Virus record (IMG/VR): IMGVR_UViG_3300028591_000112
Span: 31,934 to 95,933 of that record
Direction: 5' to 3' (one strand)
DNA length: 64,000 bases
From: a virus
Taxonomy: Duplodnaviria > Heunggongvirae > Uroviricota > Caudoviricetes
Each line of letters opens with the position of its first letter. Position 1 is the stretch's first letter. The position numbers were made by a program, and so were the translations under genes. Shown piece by piece: positions 1 to 14,129 of this stretch. Below the pieces are notes generated by a model that saw nothing but the letters and a program-made list of their open reading frames with translations, was not told the DNA's origin and did no database searches.

Positions 1-3000
1 CTAGTTTTGCAGAAGCATATCAAAAAATGGCTGCGGATTCTGCAGAATGAGCAAGAACATCTAAAAAGAATTTAATTGTTGGAACAACTGGAACTGGAGC
101 TGTAGCTACTGGTAAATTTAAAACTAAATGAAGTGCTAGTAATACTAGTGGAGTAGTGTCTAATACTCAAAAAGGAGAATTATCTTCTGCAGAAGGTTTT
201 TCTCAAAATATAGATTGAAATTCAGTTGCGAGCTATTATTCTGACTTATCAGATTCATATAGAAAAGCTGCAGGAAATACTCAAGCTAAAATTGCAGAAA
301 TTCAAGCACGTAATGCAGGATTATTAAATAATTTAAGAGGTGCTGGAACAGGTAGTCGTTCTGGTGGTGGGGGCAGTGCAGACGAAGCTAATATTATTGA
401 TTTTTTAGATGATACTGCAGATAGATATCATAAAGTTAATACTCAAATTGAAAAAACTAGTAATTCATTATCGTTATTACAATCTCAACAAGAAAAATTT
501 GTTGGAGCAAAATTAATTGATAATTTAAATAAACAATGAAATTTATTAAATCATCAAATAGAAAATTATAATGAAAAATTAAGAATAGCTAATGATGAAC
601 AAACGGAGTTAGCTAGTAAATTAGCTGGTCAAGGCGTAGTATTTAATGCAGATGGCACTATTTCTAATTATATGGAGGCTTTCCAAGCGCAAGAAAATTA
701 TGTAAATAGTTTAATTGCACAATATAATGGATTATCTGCCGCACAACAAGAAGTATGAGACAATAATAAAACAATTGATAATGCTAAAGATAACTTTAAT
801 AAATTTAAAGAGGATATGGATAGATATGATGAATTAATATCTAGTTTTATTCCTGATTTACAACAATCAATTCAAGATACTGTTGATAAAATGATTGATA
901 TAAATGTAGAAAAATTTAATAAAGAAATAACTATTCATTTAGACATGAATGCGGCAACAAGAGAATGAAATGAATGGAAGAAACGTGCTATTGATGGTAT
1001 TGAAACAGACAATATTTTAGGAAATGCACGTGCTAGATTAGAAGATTTCTACACATACTTCAATGGCGGAAATGGCGATATTGGAGTAGGAACTAGACAT
1101 GTAAATGAAGTTCTTGCAGAACTATATAAAATGGATAATGGACAATCTACTTTATATGGTAATAATAGAGCCAAAGCATTAGAAAATTTAGAAACATATT
1201 ATGAACAATTAAAGAAATCTATTACTGAATTTATCGCTTTACAAGATGAATTATATCAAGATGTTTTAGATGAAATGGATAGTGTTTCTAATGAATTTAG
1301 CAGACAAATTAAGAGTTATGAATATTTAAGAGAAATTTTAAATCATGATATGAAAGTTATTCAACTTGCATATGGAGAAGATTCATATAATCAATTAGCT
1401 AAATTCTATGAAGCAAATCAAAATAATTATGAAAAACAATTAGAATTCCAAAGACAACAACGTGATTTCTGGTACGAAGAAATGAGAAGTGCGGAAGAGG
1501 GTTCAAAAGCATGAGATTCCGCAAGAGAAAAATGAGAAGAAGCAACTAAGTCATTTAATAGTTTATTAGAATCTACTCTTGAAAATGCTAGAAAGAAATT
1601 TGAAAATACTATTAATGATATATTTAAACAATTAAATAATAAAGTTACTGGCGGAATGGGATTAGGATACGTTAATGAACAATGGAATTTAATTAATAAA
1701 AATGCAGATGAATATTTAGATACAATTAATGCTGTATCAGGAATTCAATCTCTTGAACAAAAATATTTAGATGCATTAAATAAATCAACAAGAGTATCAG
1801 ACCAAAGAAAAATTAGTGCTTTAATGGATGAAGAATTAAATTCATTAAAACAAAGAGATAAATTAACTCAATATGATTTAGATAGAGCAGAAAAGAAATA
1901 TAATTTAATGGTTGCTCAAATAGCATTAGAAGATGCTCAAAGAAATAAAAATCAGATGAGATTAAGACGTGATACTCAAGGCAATTATAGATATCAATAT
2001 GTTGCGGATCAAGATGCGGTTGCCGCAGCAGAAAGTGAATTAACAAATGCATATACTGATTTATATAATTTTGATTTAAATAGATATAAAGAAGTATTGA
2101 ACGAGATATATAGCTCTTGAGATGAGTATCAACAAAAAATGGCGGAGGCCGCATTAATCAATGACCCAGAATTAAGAGCACAAAAAGAGTTATTAATTCA
2201 AGAACAATATGGTGAATTAATTAATGGATTAGTTGAACAAAATCAAGAAATTAGAAATAATCTTCAAGAATCTGCTTTCTTATCATTAAGTAATTTATAT
2301 GAAGAAGATTTAATGAGATTCGCAGATATGACAATGAGTGAAAGAGAATTGTTGTTAAGTGAAGTTGGTGGAGGATTTGATTTATTACTTCAAATATATG
2401 GAGTTAATACTGAAGAATTTAGAAATATGACTGAAGACCAACAAAATGCAATAATGGAAAATATAGGCGGATCTATAAAAGCATTAAGCGGATATTATAA
2501 TGAAGACATATTAGCGTTTAGAAGAATGGGTGAAGCTGAACAAAGTATTATTGTTAATGCTATTGTTCCTCAATGGAATTCAGGCGTTCAAGCAATGGCG
2601 GAAGTATTCTATGGAGAAAATGGATTTGAAGCAAATACTATTGATGCATGGAATAATATTAAGGAAGCTGAAAATGAATATGCTAATGATTTAAATGAAT
2701 TAGAGTTAATTGCTAATGAGACATTTAGTGCTATTGCTGATGGTGAAGATGTTTCTATTGAAAAAGCTCAAGGTTTAATTGATATTAATCAAGAATTAAT
2801 TGATAAATATGGAGAAGAATTAAAAGCAGTTCAAGATGTTTATGCGGAAGTCAGTAGATTAGCAGATGAATATCATAGAGCGTATGAAGAAGCTACTAAA
2901 GCTGCGGAAGCCGCTTACAAATATAGACAACAAGAACGTGAAGCGGAAGCTGCGGCTGCGCAACAAGCAACGCAAGAAGCGATTAATAACTCAACTCCTT

Positions 3001-3647
3001 CAGTGGATATTGGCGGAAATGGATCTGGTACAGGAGGCTCTGGCGGAAGTAGCGAAGGCGCCGCCAACACGAATAGTGGTTCTTCTATATCACATGACCA
3101 AATGGTAGAATTAGTATATCAAATGGGTAGAGGAACTTATGGTAGTGGAGCTACTAGAAAGAGTAGAGTTGAATCTGCTTATCCTGGAATGTTCTCTATC
3201 GCACAAGCCATTTTAAATGAAGCTATTAATTCAGATTATTATAATTATAGTCATAATGGTACTACATGAAGAAACGGTACAGTAAGTAGAATTGCATCTA
3301 AGTATGGATATGATACTGGTGGTTATACTGGTGCTTGAGGAAATAATGGTAAATTAGCTTTCTTACATCAAAAAGAACTAGTATTAAATGCCAAAGATAC
3401 TGAAAATATGTTAAATACAGTAGCGATTATGAGAAATATGGCCTATGCTTTAGGTGAAAATACATTAGCTAGACTTGCAAATGTTGCCGCAGGTAACGGC
3501 GGTTCATATGGTTCTAGCGGAGATTTATTACAACAAGATGTTAATATACATGCGGAATTCCCTGGCGTAAGAGATGCTAGAGAAATTGAAGAAGCATTAA
3601 ATAATTTAGTTAATGCTGCCGCGCAAAAGGCTATGGAGACAAGGTAG
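1..3647 (+). CDS. tail tape measure protein (5' partial, >1214 aa)
   Basis: One frame stays open from the window edge to TAG at 3645-3647 when TGA is read as Trp. The ORF track shows it as five collinear same-frame fragments broken only at TGA. Coiled-coil-rich with a Gly-rich tract (GSGTGGSGGSSEG). Lies immediately upstream of the tail-tip genes. Confidence 0.7.
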
Positions 3648-3675
3648 TTTTGTAGAGAAACTACCTTTTTTCTTT
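3643..3675 (+). terminator. rho-independent terminator after the tape measure gene
   Basis: Inverted repeat ggtagttt / aaactacc followed by ttttttcttttgg. Confidence 0.45.
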
Positions 3676-3755
3676 TGGTCTAATATTTATAATATACTTA
3701 AGGGAATTTTAAAAATAATTAAATAAGGATAGATAGAGATAAAAGGAGGATTTTT

Positions 3756-6700
3756 ATGAGTAGTGTTAATTATGAAAATCAAATCTTAACTGCTATTGAA
3801 ACACTAGTTGATAGTGCAGTTCAATCAGCTGGTTATGATAAGACGATTAAGGCAACTATCATAAATCAAACTAATGCGGCTATTGGTGAATATAAGGTAA
3901 AATACCAAGATAGTGTATTTTATGCTTATTCAATAGATACTGCAATAGTATATCCTAAAGATACTTTAGTCTATATTCAAGTTCCTGGTAATGACATGAA
4001 ACAAGTCAAAACCATTATTGGGGCAGTAAATAAAGATGATATAGATTATACTGAAGTTCTTGAAACAGAAGATTACTATGATGCGGTTGGCGGCAATAGT
4101 TGTAATAGTGAAACTACATATGGTTTATGCTCATATAATGGTGAAACTAATATAACTTTATACGACAGAGATAATAGTATTAATTTAGTTAATTATGATG
4201 AAGATTTGCTAAAAACTAATCTAAATGAAATGTATAATATTATTTGCGGCGCTTGATTTAAAACTGCTTTAGCAGATGAACAGAAAAAGCAAGGTAATTA
4301 TGGTATTACATTTGATATAGATTTTTATGATGATTTAGATAATACGAAGGTTATAACAAAAACTTATACAATAGATGTTAATAATATTGAAGGAAATCCT
4401 TATAATTTACTATCATTTATTCGTCAAATCAGAATTTTTGAAATTAAAAGCGAAAATTATGTAAATGTTAAAAAAATTGGCTTATTTTGTAAAGGTTTCC
4501 CAAATACAGAAGTAGGTCATGAAAATGATATATTTATTAAAATGCCTATTTTACAAGCGGCAAGAGAAATTCCTGAAGTCGAATTAAATGGTTATTCAGT
4601 TAAAATAGAAACTGATAAGAGTTATTTTAACAGCGAAGATGCGGAGGACGCGCAAACGAGCATTTCCGCAATTGCTAAGATTAAGGGTCATGAAATTGGC
4701 TCAAAGAGATCTGTTCAATATTATTGGTTCAGAGAAAATTCAGATATTTATCCAACTATGACTGGTTATAATACTTATGGTGGTGCAGGTTGGGAATGTT
4801 TAAATGAATATAACATTCTTGATTCTACTACCGGAGAAATAGAGTATATAACAAATAATAAGACTTTAACAATAGCAAAAACAGATTGTGTTGCTACTGA
4901 TAATAAATATAAAGTTGTAGTTATATTTAATGAAAATGGCACAGTAGAAGCGGATATAAATATTAAAAATTATAGTTCAGCATTTACTTTATCTATTGCA
5001 TCTGATGAAGGTACTGAATTTTATTATGGTAATGGAAGTCCTACATTAACATTATTAATTAATGGTGTAGAAAGTCCAGCTAATTATACTTATAAATGAG
5101 CAAAAGAAGATAATAATGGGTTATTCGAAAATCTTGAAGAAACTACTTCAGTTAATTCTACATATAATACATTAGTATCTAATTATAATACTCTTTTAGC
5201 TAGTGTTGCAAATGAGACTGTTTTACCTAATGCGGCAAAAGCACAGTTAGACACATATAAAAATCAAATTGCGGGATATGATGAAATAACAAGAGTAGAA
5301 GGTAAAAAAGTTTATAACATACAAGTTAATGAAATTGATGAATGAGCAACATATAAATGTACTGTATATAATAGTGGCGATATAATAGGTACTGCCGCAA
5401 TTACATTAAATAATTATCCTAAAATTGAAGGAGAATTTACATTAAATATTATAAATGGTACTCAAACATTTAATTATAATAGTGCAGGAATTGCTCCAAC
5501 AAGTCAAACATTACAAAGACCAATGGAATTAAAACCATTAAGTTTTACTATTGTTGACAATAAAGGTAACTTACTTCCTGATAGAATATTAAATTTATGT
5601 AATATACATTGAACTGTTCCAAGTGGCAATAGTTTAATTCAAGCAACAGATAGTACTGATTTAACTCTAGATTATACTCTTGCTGAAAATTATGATATAA
5701 ATTTAATTAATAATAGTAATATTAAATTAGATATTCAATATCAAGAATTGATATTACATGCGGAAACTAATTTTACTTTTATAAAAGATGGACAACCTGG
5801 TACTAATGGTACTAATATTATTTGTAAAATTGTTCCTTATACTGATGATGATTTTGATGGTTATCCAGTATTATATTACAATGGAAATGGAACAACATAT
5901 GGTACTCATTTTAAATTAAACTATACTCCTAATTCAAATTATAGATGGTTTAAATTACAATTATGGGAAAATGGTAGTTTAATTTGGGAAGGCGTAAATA
6001 GTCAAAAAAGCGGAAATGTAATAGTTAAATGGGAAGTTTTAAAAAGCAATTATACTAGTTCAGTTTCTGATTTATCTCATATTAGAATTACTGAAAGTAG
6101 TGGAACATCTGAAACAACTCATAATTATTCATTTTTCTTTAATAATATAGATAGTAATTTAGCTACATATCAATATGCAGCTGATATTATCAGAGGTGAA
6201 GTTACATATAAAGATAAAAAATATTATTGTACTTTACCATTAATAACTGTTAAAACAAATGATTGAACTAATTTTAATTATGAATTAGTTAAAAATAGTG
6301 GATTTAGATATGTGCTTTATACAAGTGATGGAATGTATCCTCAATATGAAAGTGATACTCCATTTACATTAAAAGTTACTGAAAAAATAAATGGATTTAC
6401 AGAAGATATTAGTAATTTAACTACTAATGCACATAAATTAACTTATAATTGAGGAGCATGCGGAAGTTCTTATTATAATGGTAATTGGCATCAAGATATT
6501 GGCTTAATTGAACAAACAATTGCCGCAAATAAAGGTACTTATGTTCCTATTGAAGAATGTGATGGTAGAAATGTTACTCATGCAATTAGAATTGCAATAA
6601 GTCAAAGCAGAAGTCAAATTGCTGAAATTCATATTCCAGTACATTTTTATTTAAATAGATATGGTGTTTCTGCATTAAATGAATGAGATGGAAACCATAT

Positions 6701-9700
6701 TGAAATTAATACTGATAAAGATGTAATATTAGCTCCACAAATAGGGGCTGGCAAAAAAGAAGCTGATAATTCATTTACTGGTATATTTATGGGAGATGTT
6801 TTAGAGGCTGGTAATGAAGAATCTAAAACTGGATTATATGGATATTATAAAGGTGATAAGACTATTGAGTTAAATTCAGAAGATGGTTCAGCTAAGTTTG
6901 GTAAAACTGGAGCTGGTCAAATTATTTTAGACCCAACTGATAATACAGCTAAATTAAAATCTGGTAATTTCTCAATGACATTAAGAGACCCTGCCGCCAA
7001 TGAAAAATATACTAATGGTTTAGTATATTATGGTAGTAGATCTGGTGTTAGTAGAATATTAGTTCCAGGAACTGATTATACTATTGGCAATAATGTTGCT
7101 AATGGAGATAAAATATGGACAAGTGGAAGTGGTTTAGAAATAGATTTAACTGACCCTCATATTATATTCGGTTCTGGAGATTTCTGGGTTGGAAAAGATG
7201 GAGATGTACATGCTAAGGAGTATGCTACAATTGCTAATTTGCAAGGCGGAGCATATACTATTCCACAAAGTTCTGTTGAAAATTTGACAACATTTATTAG
7301 TCAAACTAATAATAGTATAGATGAATTACAAAATCAAATAGATGGAAATATTACTACATGGTTCTATGAATATGAACCAGCTTTAAATAGACCACCGGTA
7401 ACGAGAGATGAAGCTCATCCTGAGGGCACTGGATGGACAACTACAGAATTAAAAAATCAACATTTAGGAGATTTATTTTATAATACTTTAACAGGCTATT
7501 GTTATAGATTTATGATAAGTGAAGGTGTTTATAGTTGGCAACAACTGAGTGATAGCGATATTTCAGAAGCATTAAGAATTGCTCAAGAAGCACAAGATAC
7601 TGCCGATAGTAAACGTAGAGTATTTTATAATACTCCAACTCCTCCATATGATGCAGGAGATTTATGAGTACAAGGTAGTACAGGAGATATTTTAAGATGT
7701 GCTACTCCTAAAACTAGTACTCAAGCTTATGCGGCTGTAGACTGAGTTGCAGCAAGTAAATATACTGATGATACATTAGCACAATCTGCTAATAATAAAA
7801 TAGATAATTTACAAATAGGTGGTAGAAATTTTGTTTTAGAAAGTAATATTCCTAATAAAGATGGGTCTACTGATGCATATCTTATTGGTAAATATAAATT
7901 AAGTAAAAATTTAGTAAATAATAAACAATATACTTGGTCTATTAATATAGAACCAACTACTAATAAAAAAGGTGTAGCAGTATATATTGGCGGAAACACT
8001 CATATATGCGGACGTTGGATAACAGCAAATCCTTTATCTACAGGCACTTATTCTTGTACTTTTATAGCTACTTCAGCTATGGAAAGTTTTGACACTGCTT
8101 GGATATATTGTTCTAATAATGAAGGTCCTCAAGGTACTACAGCTATTACTGGCACATGTAAACTTAATTGAGTTCAAATAGAAGAAGGAAATAGAGCTAG
8201 TGACTGAACTCCTGCCCCAGAAGATATAGAAAATGCGGCAATAGGTACGGTCACTGTTTTATATGCTTTAGGTAATGATACTACAATAGCTCCAACAACT
8301 GGTTGGTCTGAAGTGGCACCATCATGAACTGAAGGTAAATATATGTGGCAAAAAACTGTTATTACTTATGTTAATGGAGATACAGATGAATCTGATCCTA
8401 CTTGTATAGCGGGGGCAACAGGTAAAGCTGGAACTGGAATTACATATTTTGGTACTCGTTCTTGAACTAATGCACAAATAACTGATACATATATAATAGG
8501 TTATTCAGATACATGGGCAAATCAACTAAGCAAAGAAACTAAAGTTGGAGATTTATTATTGTTAGATGTTACTAATTCAACTTATAATACTAAATATGAA
8601 TATATATTAGAAGTTACTATAGGTGGGACATCTAGCCAGGCACCAACTGCAACAATTGTTGCAATTACAAAAGATGGTGATGCTACTGATATTCAAGTTG
8701 GTGGACGTAATGTCTTATGGAATTCAAGATATTTAAATATACCTTATACAATACAATCTCCATATATTTCATATTATAGTTTAACTGCAGCTTCAGTTAT
8801 TGAAAGAGAAGATGGTTTTAATGAAGTTCGTATTACAACGGGAGATAGTTGGAAAGGTATTGCATATAGTTTAAACTCATTAGAATTATCTGTTGGAGAT
8901 ATTTTAACAAATCAATTCTGGTTTAGGTCAAATAATGTTAGTGGAAAACTATCATTATATGCTATGTGTTATGATAGTGGTGGCAATAGGGTTAATGGTG
9001 ATTATTTAGCAGATATTACTTATGAAGGAGATTCAACAACAGGAGATAGTAAATTATTAGAGAACTTTACTAGCACAACAAATAAAAAAATAGTTGTATC
9101 ATTTAAATGAACTCAATTAGCTCAAGATTTAATTGATAATGGTGGAAGGATTACTTTAACTTTCCAAACACATAATTTAACTACTTCTGGTACTGGATAC
9201 TATACTGCGATATGGAAACCTAAAACTGAAATAGGTACTATTGCAACAGATTGGTCTCCTGCAGCAGAGGATACAATGCGTGAGACATTATCTAATGTTA
9301 TTACGACAGGTAGTCCAATATATTGTTATACTACATCAATTAATACCCCACCTTTAACTCCAGATATGAGCGGAGCTCCTACATGGGCGGCCGCACCTCC
9401 GGTAGAAAGTGGTAAGTATTTATGACAAACAACACCTGTTACTGTTGTAAATAGTTTAGGTGTTAGTACAACAACATATACTACGCCAATTTGCTTAACA
9501 CAACCTAAAATTGTTAATATAGTTCAACAATATTGTATGGTTAATGAAAGTAGTACAACTCAACCTGCAGAAAATGATGCTGGTTGAACAGCAGTTATAC
9601 CTGAATGAAAAATAAATAAAAAACTTTGGGTTAGAACTGCAACAATATATGATGATAATAGTTTACGTACTTATTCAAATTATCATATAGATACTACTTG

Positions 9701-10343
9701 GTCAGCTAGTTCAGCATTGCAACAAGATTTAGAGGAAGCAAATGCAAAATTAAACGAAATAACAACTGAAGGAACTGGTGCAATTACAATATCTGGAGCT
9801 AATTTCTATGCTACTGACGCAAGTCAAGAAAATAGATTAGTTATTAATAATCAAGGACTTGGTTTCCAAAAGAAAAATACACAAACAGGTGAATGAGATA
9901 CAGCAACAAGTGTTTGGTCTTTAGATGGAACATTTGATGCTCAAAATATCAATGTTAAAAACTTAAATGCTGAATCTATTGTTAATGGTGATTTAGCAAT
10001 AGGTAAGAATTTTGGTAATAATCCAAATAATGGAGTATTAAAAATATATGATGAACAAGACCATTTAATTATCAAGGGTTCTGGTAGCGATGGTCTAGCA
10101 GTTTCCGCAACTAATGCAAATACTGCGGCAGCAGTTCATACAAAGATTACTCCAACAACAGGTATTGAAGGTTATGATAATGCTCATAATAAAGTATATT
10201 ATCATGATAATGATAAATTTGTTGCAAATAAATTAAATATTACTGAATCTATTACAATAGGTTCTATAAAAATAGTTATTATTAATAGTGCAGAACATAA
10301 AGGTATTGGTTTTGTTACTGCAAGAGATAATAGTAATAGTTAA
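3756..10343 (+). CDS. giant tail-tip/baseplate protein (2195 aa), putative distal tail + tail-associated adhesin
   Basis: Preceded by RBS aaaaggagga. A single frame is open 3756-10343 under code 4; I translated the gaps between the five ORF-track fragments and found only TGA, with TAA at 10341-10343. N/T/S-rich, adhesin-like composition. Position directly after the tape measure gene. Confidence 0.6.
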
Positions 10344-10365
10344 GAGATAAAAGGAGAGATTTAAT

Positions 10366-12651
10366 ATGGCAGTATTATATACAAATGATAATGGGTATTC
10401 ACCATATTATACCTGTTCGGTTAGTTATGGTACTGTAACTCGTAGTGGTACTACAGTTATAGTACCAAGTGTAACTTTAACAATGACTCGAGGAGACGGT
10501 TATTGGACAGGTAATAGATTAGCATATTGTGCAGGTAGAACAACTAATGGAACTGATATTGCTAATAATATTACAATTAAAAATAGTGGAGCTCAATCAG
10601 CTTCAAGTTATAGTGTAAATATTGGAGATATTTCTTATACAAATAACACAAGTACTTCTGTACATTTATGCGTAAGAGTAGCTTCAACAGGTGGTAGTAG
10701 TACTTGGGGTAATTTCCAAGGTAATTCACCAGTAACAGTATTTGATTCAGATATTTCATGTCCTGCCGCAAATCCTAGCTTTACAGTTCAACCATCTGCA
10801 ACAGCAATTGATGAAACATCAGTAAGTTTAAACTTGGGTTCTGTTGATATTTCAAGTTATTTATATTATAAAATAGGAAGCGGAAGTTGGAATTATGCAA
10901 GTACAAATCCAGTTACAATCAGTGGATTAACTGCAGGTACTTCTTATAGTTTGACAGTTCAAGCACGAAACACTGCTGATACTAGTTTAACTACTAATTC
11001 AAATGCAGTTTCAGTTACTACATATGCTAACCCTAGTATATCTAGCTCTGGTTGGCCAGGTGATATTACGATGGACGCTGCAACTAAAAAAGCTAATTTT
11101 ATATTTACTAATCCCTTAGGTAGAACCATTACAATGACTGCTACTGTTGGTAGTTATACTGTTAGTGGAACAACAAATGGTACAACAGGTAGTTTAACAT
11201 TAGATTGTGATGCTATTTATAATCAAATTCCTACTGATACAGAAGCAACTATTACTTATTCTGCTTTAGGAGTTAATAGTAATGGGAAAAAAGTAAGGGC
11301 ATCTGAATCATATGCTAAACCAACAGTTTTGATTGCAGGATTTGCTTGACAGGCTGTCCATGATAGTAGTTTTGGTAGTGTATTTAGTAATACAGGAAAA
11401 GTAATTCAAAATCATAGTTATATTAAAGTAAAACATACTGGTTCATCCGCATCAAATTTTAGTACTATTGGTACACCAAATAAAGGTGCTTCTAGTATTA
11501 CAGGAGCCACAGTTAGTTTTGATGGTAAAGCGGCGCAAACATTAACAAATAGTTATGCGGCATATGTAAATACTTCAACTAAATATAGTTACTCAATAGA
11601 TCAAATGGCTATTATTACAATTACAGATAGTAGAGGATATACCAACAGTGCCAATGTTACTATTCCATTTGTTGCATATAGTAATCCAGTAGCGAGCATT
11701 TCCGCAAATAGAGATGGTGGTTTTAGTGAAAATTTAGTTTTAGTTTTATCAGGGACTTTTAGTAGTTTAGATGGATATAATTCAATTACTGCACTACAAT
11801 ATAAAGTAGGAAGTTCAGGAACATGAATATCTGCTACTGTTGTTAATAATAGAGCAGAAATTACTACTGAAACATTAGCGCCATCTGATTCTCAGGTTTA
11901 TTATGTAAAAGCCACTGATGCGACATCAACAGTTAGTATGGAAGCATCTACAATAGTTGATATAGGTCAAGCAATTGCATTTATTGATGATAGATATAAT
12001 GCAGTTGGTATAAATTGTTATCCTGGTAGTGCTCAAAAAGGTTTAGTATTATCTAATGATAGTAGTATTTATATTGGAACTCAAGATTTAGTTACAGCGT
12101 TAAAAGCACAAATTATTAATACTATTTATCCTGTTGGGGCTATTTATATGAGTTTAGATAATACTAATCCAGGCACTTTATTTGGAGTAGGAACTTGAGA
12201 ACAAATAACAGATAAATTTTTAGTTGCTGCAGGTACTTATTTTACAATGAGCACTCCTACTGGTGGAGCTAGTAGTGTTACTTTACAAACGGCTAATTTA
12301 CCTTCTCATAATCATAGTTTTACTGGATCTACTGTTAGTACAGATAGTCAAGGTTCACATGAACATTGATTTTATCCTAAGTTACAATGGCAAAATAGTA
12401 GTGTTCAATCAAATGGTAATGTAGTTCGTACAGCTAGTGGTTGGGCTCCAGATCTTGCGGGAAATTTAAGTGGTTCAATGACAGTTAATTATAATAGTTT
12501 ATCACAAGGAACTGGTTATGCTGGCGAACATACGCATTCAATAACATGCGGAGGTACTGTAGGTAATACAGGTAGTGGAACTGCATTTAGTATTATTCCA
12601 CCTTATCAAGTTGTTTATATTTGAAAAAGAGTTAATGATCCAACTCCTTAA
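10366..12651 (+). CDS. tail fibre / receptor-binding protein with FN3 domain and C-terminal phage tail-collar domain
   Basis: RBS aaaggagag. Fragments 10366-11349, 11605-11826 and 11938-12198 are in one frame joined through TGA codons; TAA at 12649-12651. FN3-like segment (VSLNLGSVD...ISGLTAGTSYSLTVQARN). C-terminal LPSHNHSF...GEHTHS motif typical of the phage tail-collar (MdpB-like) domain. Confidence 0.6.
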
Positions 12652-12719
12652 TTGCATGGGCAGAAATGAATAATATAATATAAATATTTTTTAAATTTAT
12701 TTAGAAAGGAAAATGAAAT

Positions 12720-13022
12720 ATGGAAAATTATATTGAAGTAACAATTTATTTAGCAACTTTATTCTTTACATGGATTTTAGGTATTCTTTCAAAAAAATCT
12801 ACTTGGGTAAATAATAATTATATTCCTCTTCAAAACTTTTTGATAGGTGTAGTTGTTGCTATTGTTAATTTTATTATTACAGAAGATTTTGCTGGTTCTT
12901 TAATTTATTTAACTTCTGGCTTAGTTGCTGGTGGAGGTTATGATATTTATCATGGTCTTGCTAAAGTTAAACAAGGAAATGAAGAATGAGAAGCTACTGA
13001 AGAAGAACAAATAGGTGAGTAA
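12720..13022 (+). CDS. holin-like small membrane protein
   Basis: 100 aa with two hydrophobic helices (LATLFFTWILGIL; LIGVVVAIVNFII) and a charged C-terminus. Sits immediately upstream of the endolysin. Confidence 0.5.
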
Positions 13023-13023
13023 T

Positions 13024-14001
13024 ATGACAGATACTGAATTAAAAAATGCAAGAGGCATTGATAGACAAAGAATTTTATTTCCAATGTATCATTATTCTCC
13101 TTATTATGGACATGGTGTAGGACATGATGGACAACATAGATGGTCTTATGCTATTGATTGTATAGGTAAAGATGGTGGTAAAGACGAAGTTTATGCTCCA
13201 TTTGATTGTACTGTTACAAATGTATTTGTAAAATCAGGTTGTTCTCCTGAAGTATGGCTTCAAAGTGATAAACCTGTATTAGCATCTAATGGAGACATTG
13301 ATTATTATACTTTTACTTATACACATCCTAGTGAAGTAAAAAACATGAAAGTAGGACAACAATTTAAACAAGGCGAATTCGTTTGTCATGAAGGAAATGA
13401 AGGTGTTTCCGCAGGCAATCATGTTCATGTTGAAATAGGTAAGGGTAAATCAAAAACTTGGTCTATTGAAAAACATGGCGGAACAACTTATTATATGAAT
13501 CAAAATAAAGTAAAACCTGAAAATGTATGGTTCTTACCTGAAACTAGTGTTATTGATTTTACTACTGATAAAATAGGAAGTAAATATTCTATTAAAAAGG
13601 AAAGTGAAATGACTAAATATGTAACTAGTAAAGATGGTTTATATTTACATAATGCAAAAAATTATAATCAAAGTAGCGAAATTGCTTTATTAGATTATAA
13701 TGAACCTTGTATAGTATTTGAAACAAGCGGCAGTTTTGCAAAAGTTTATGCTAGAGGTTTAGTTGGTTGGTGTAGTAATAAATATTTAGGAGCACAAGGT
13801 AAAAGTATAGAAAATGCTTATGTAAATTCAAAAAATGGTTTATGGTTACATAAAACTAAAGATTTTAAAGTAGTTAGTGAAATTGATTTAATGAAATATA
13901 AAGAAAAAGTAACTTGGATAAGCACATCAGGTAAATTTGCTTATGTTGATTACAAAGGTATAAAAGGATATTGTGCAAAAAATTATTTAACAAAGATATA
14001 G
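13024..14001 (+). CDS. endolysin: M23 (LytM/lysostaphin-like) peptidase with two C-terminal SH3b-like repeats
   Basis: RBS aggtgag before ATG 13024. HxH motif (SAGNHVHVEI) and KVGQQFKQGEF segment align with lysostaphin-type M23 catalytic core. Two ~60-aa internal repeats (YVTSKDGLYLHNAKN... and YVNSKNGLWLHKTKD...) resemble bacterial SH3 wall-binding domains. Confidence 0.65.
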   Translation: MTDTELKNARGIDRQRILFPMYHYSPYYGHGVGHDGQHRWSYAIDCIGKDGGKDEVYAPFDCTVTNVFVKSGCSPEVWLQSDKPVLASNGDIDYYTFTYTHPSEVKNMKVGQQFKQGEFVCHEGNEGVSAGNHVHVEIGKGKSKTWSIEKHGGTTYYMNQNKVKPENVWFLPETSVIDFTTDKIGSKYSIKKESEMTKYVTSKDGLYLHNAKNYNQSSEIALLDYNEPCIVFETSGSFAKVYARGLVGWCSNKYLGAQGKSIENAYVNSKNGLWLHKTKDFKVVSEIDLMKYKEKVTWISTSGKFAYVDYKGIKGYCAKNYLTKI

Positions 14002-14071
14002 AGATAATCTATATCTTTTTTTTATTTGGGTAGATGTAAATAATACATATAATCAAAAAATCAAATATTAT

Positions 14072-14101
14072 TGAAATAAATATAAAATAAAATAGAATGC
14101 A
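14072..14101 (+). promoter_or_regulatory. candidate promoter upstream of the tail fibre operon
   Basis: TTGAAA, 16-nt spacer, TAGAAT. A small hairpin atgcaattttttgcat lies just upstream of RBS aaaaaggagg. Confidence 0.25.
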
Positions 14102-14129
14102 ATTTTTTGCATAAAAAGGAGGAATAAAA

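Noticed and set aside
1813-2154. Minus-strand ORF of 113 aa inside the tape measure gene. Similar antisense or out-of-frame ORFs lie at 2866-3108(+), 7727-7999(-), 10577-10771(-), 24223-24432(-) and 23345-23560(-).
   Set aside because: They are fully embedded in long, domain-bearing genes on the other strand or frame. They have low-complexity hydrophobic or Lys-rich composition typical of AT-rich antisense frames and no RBS.
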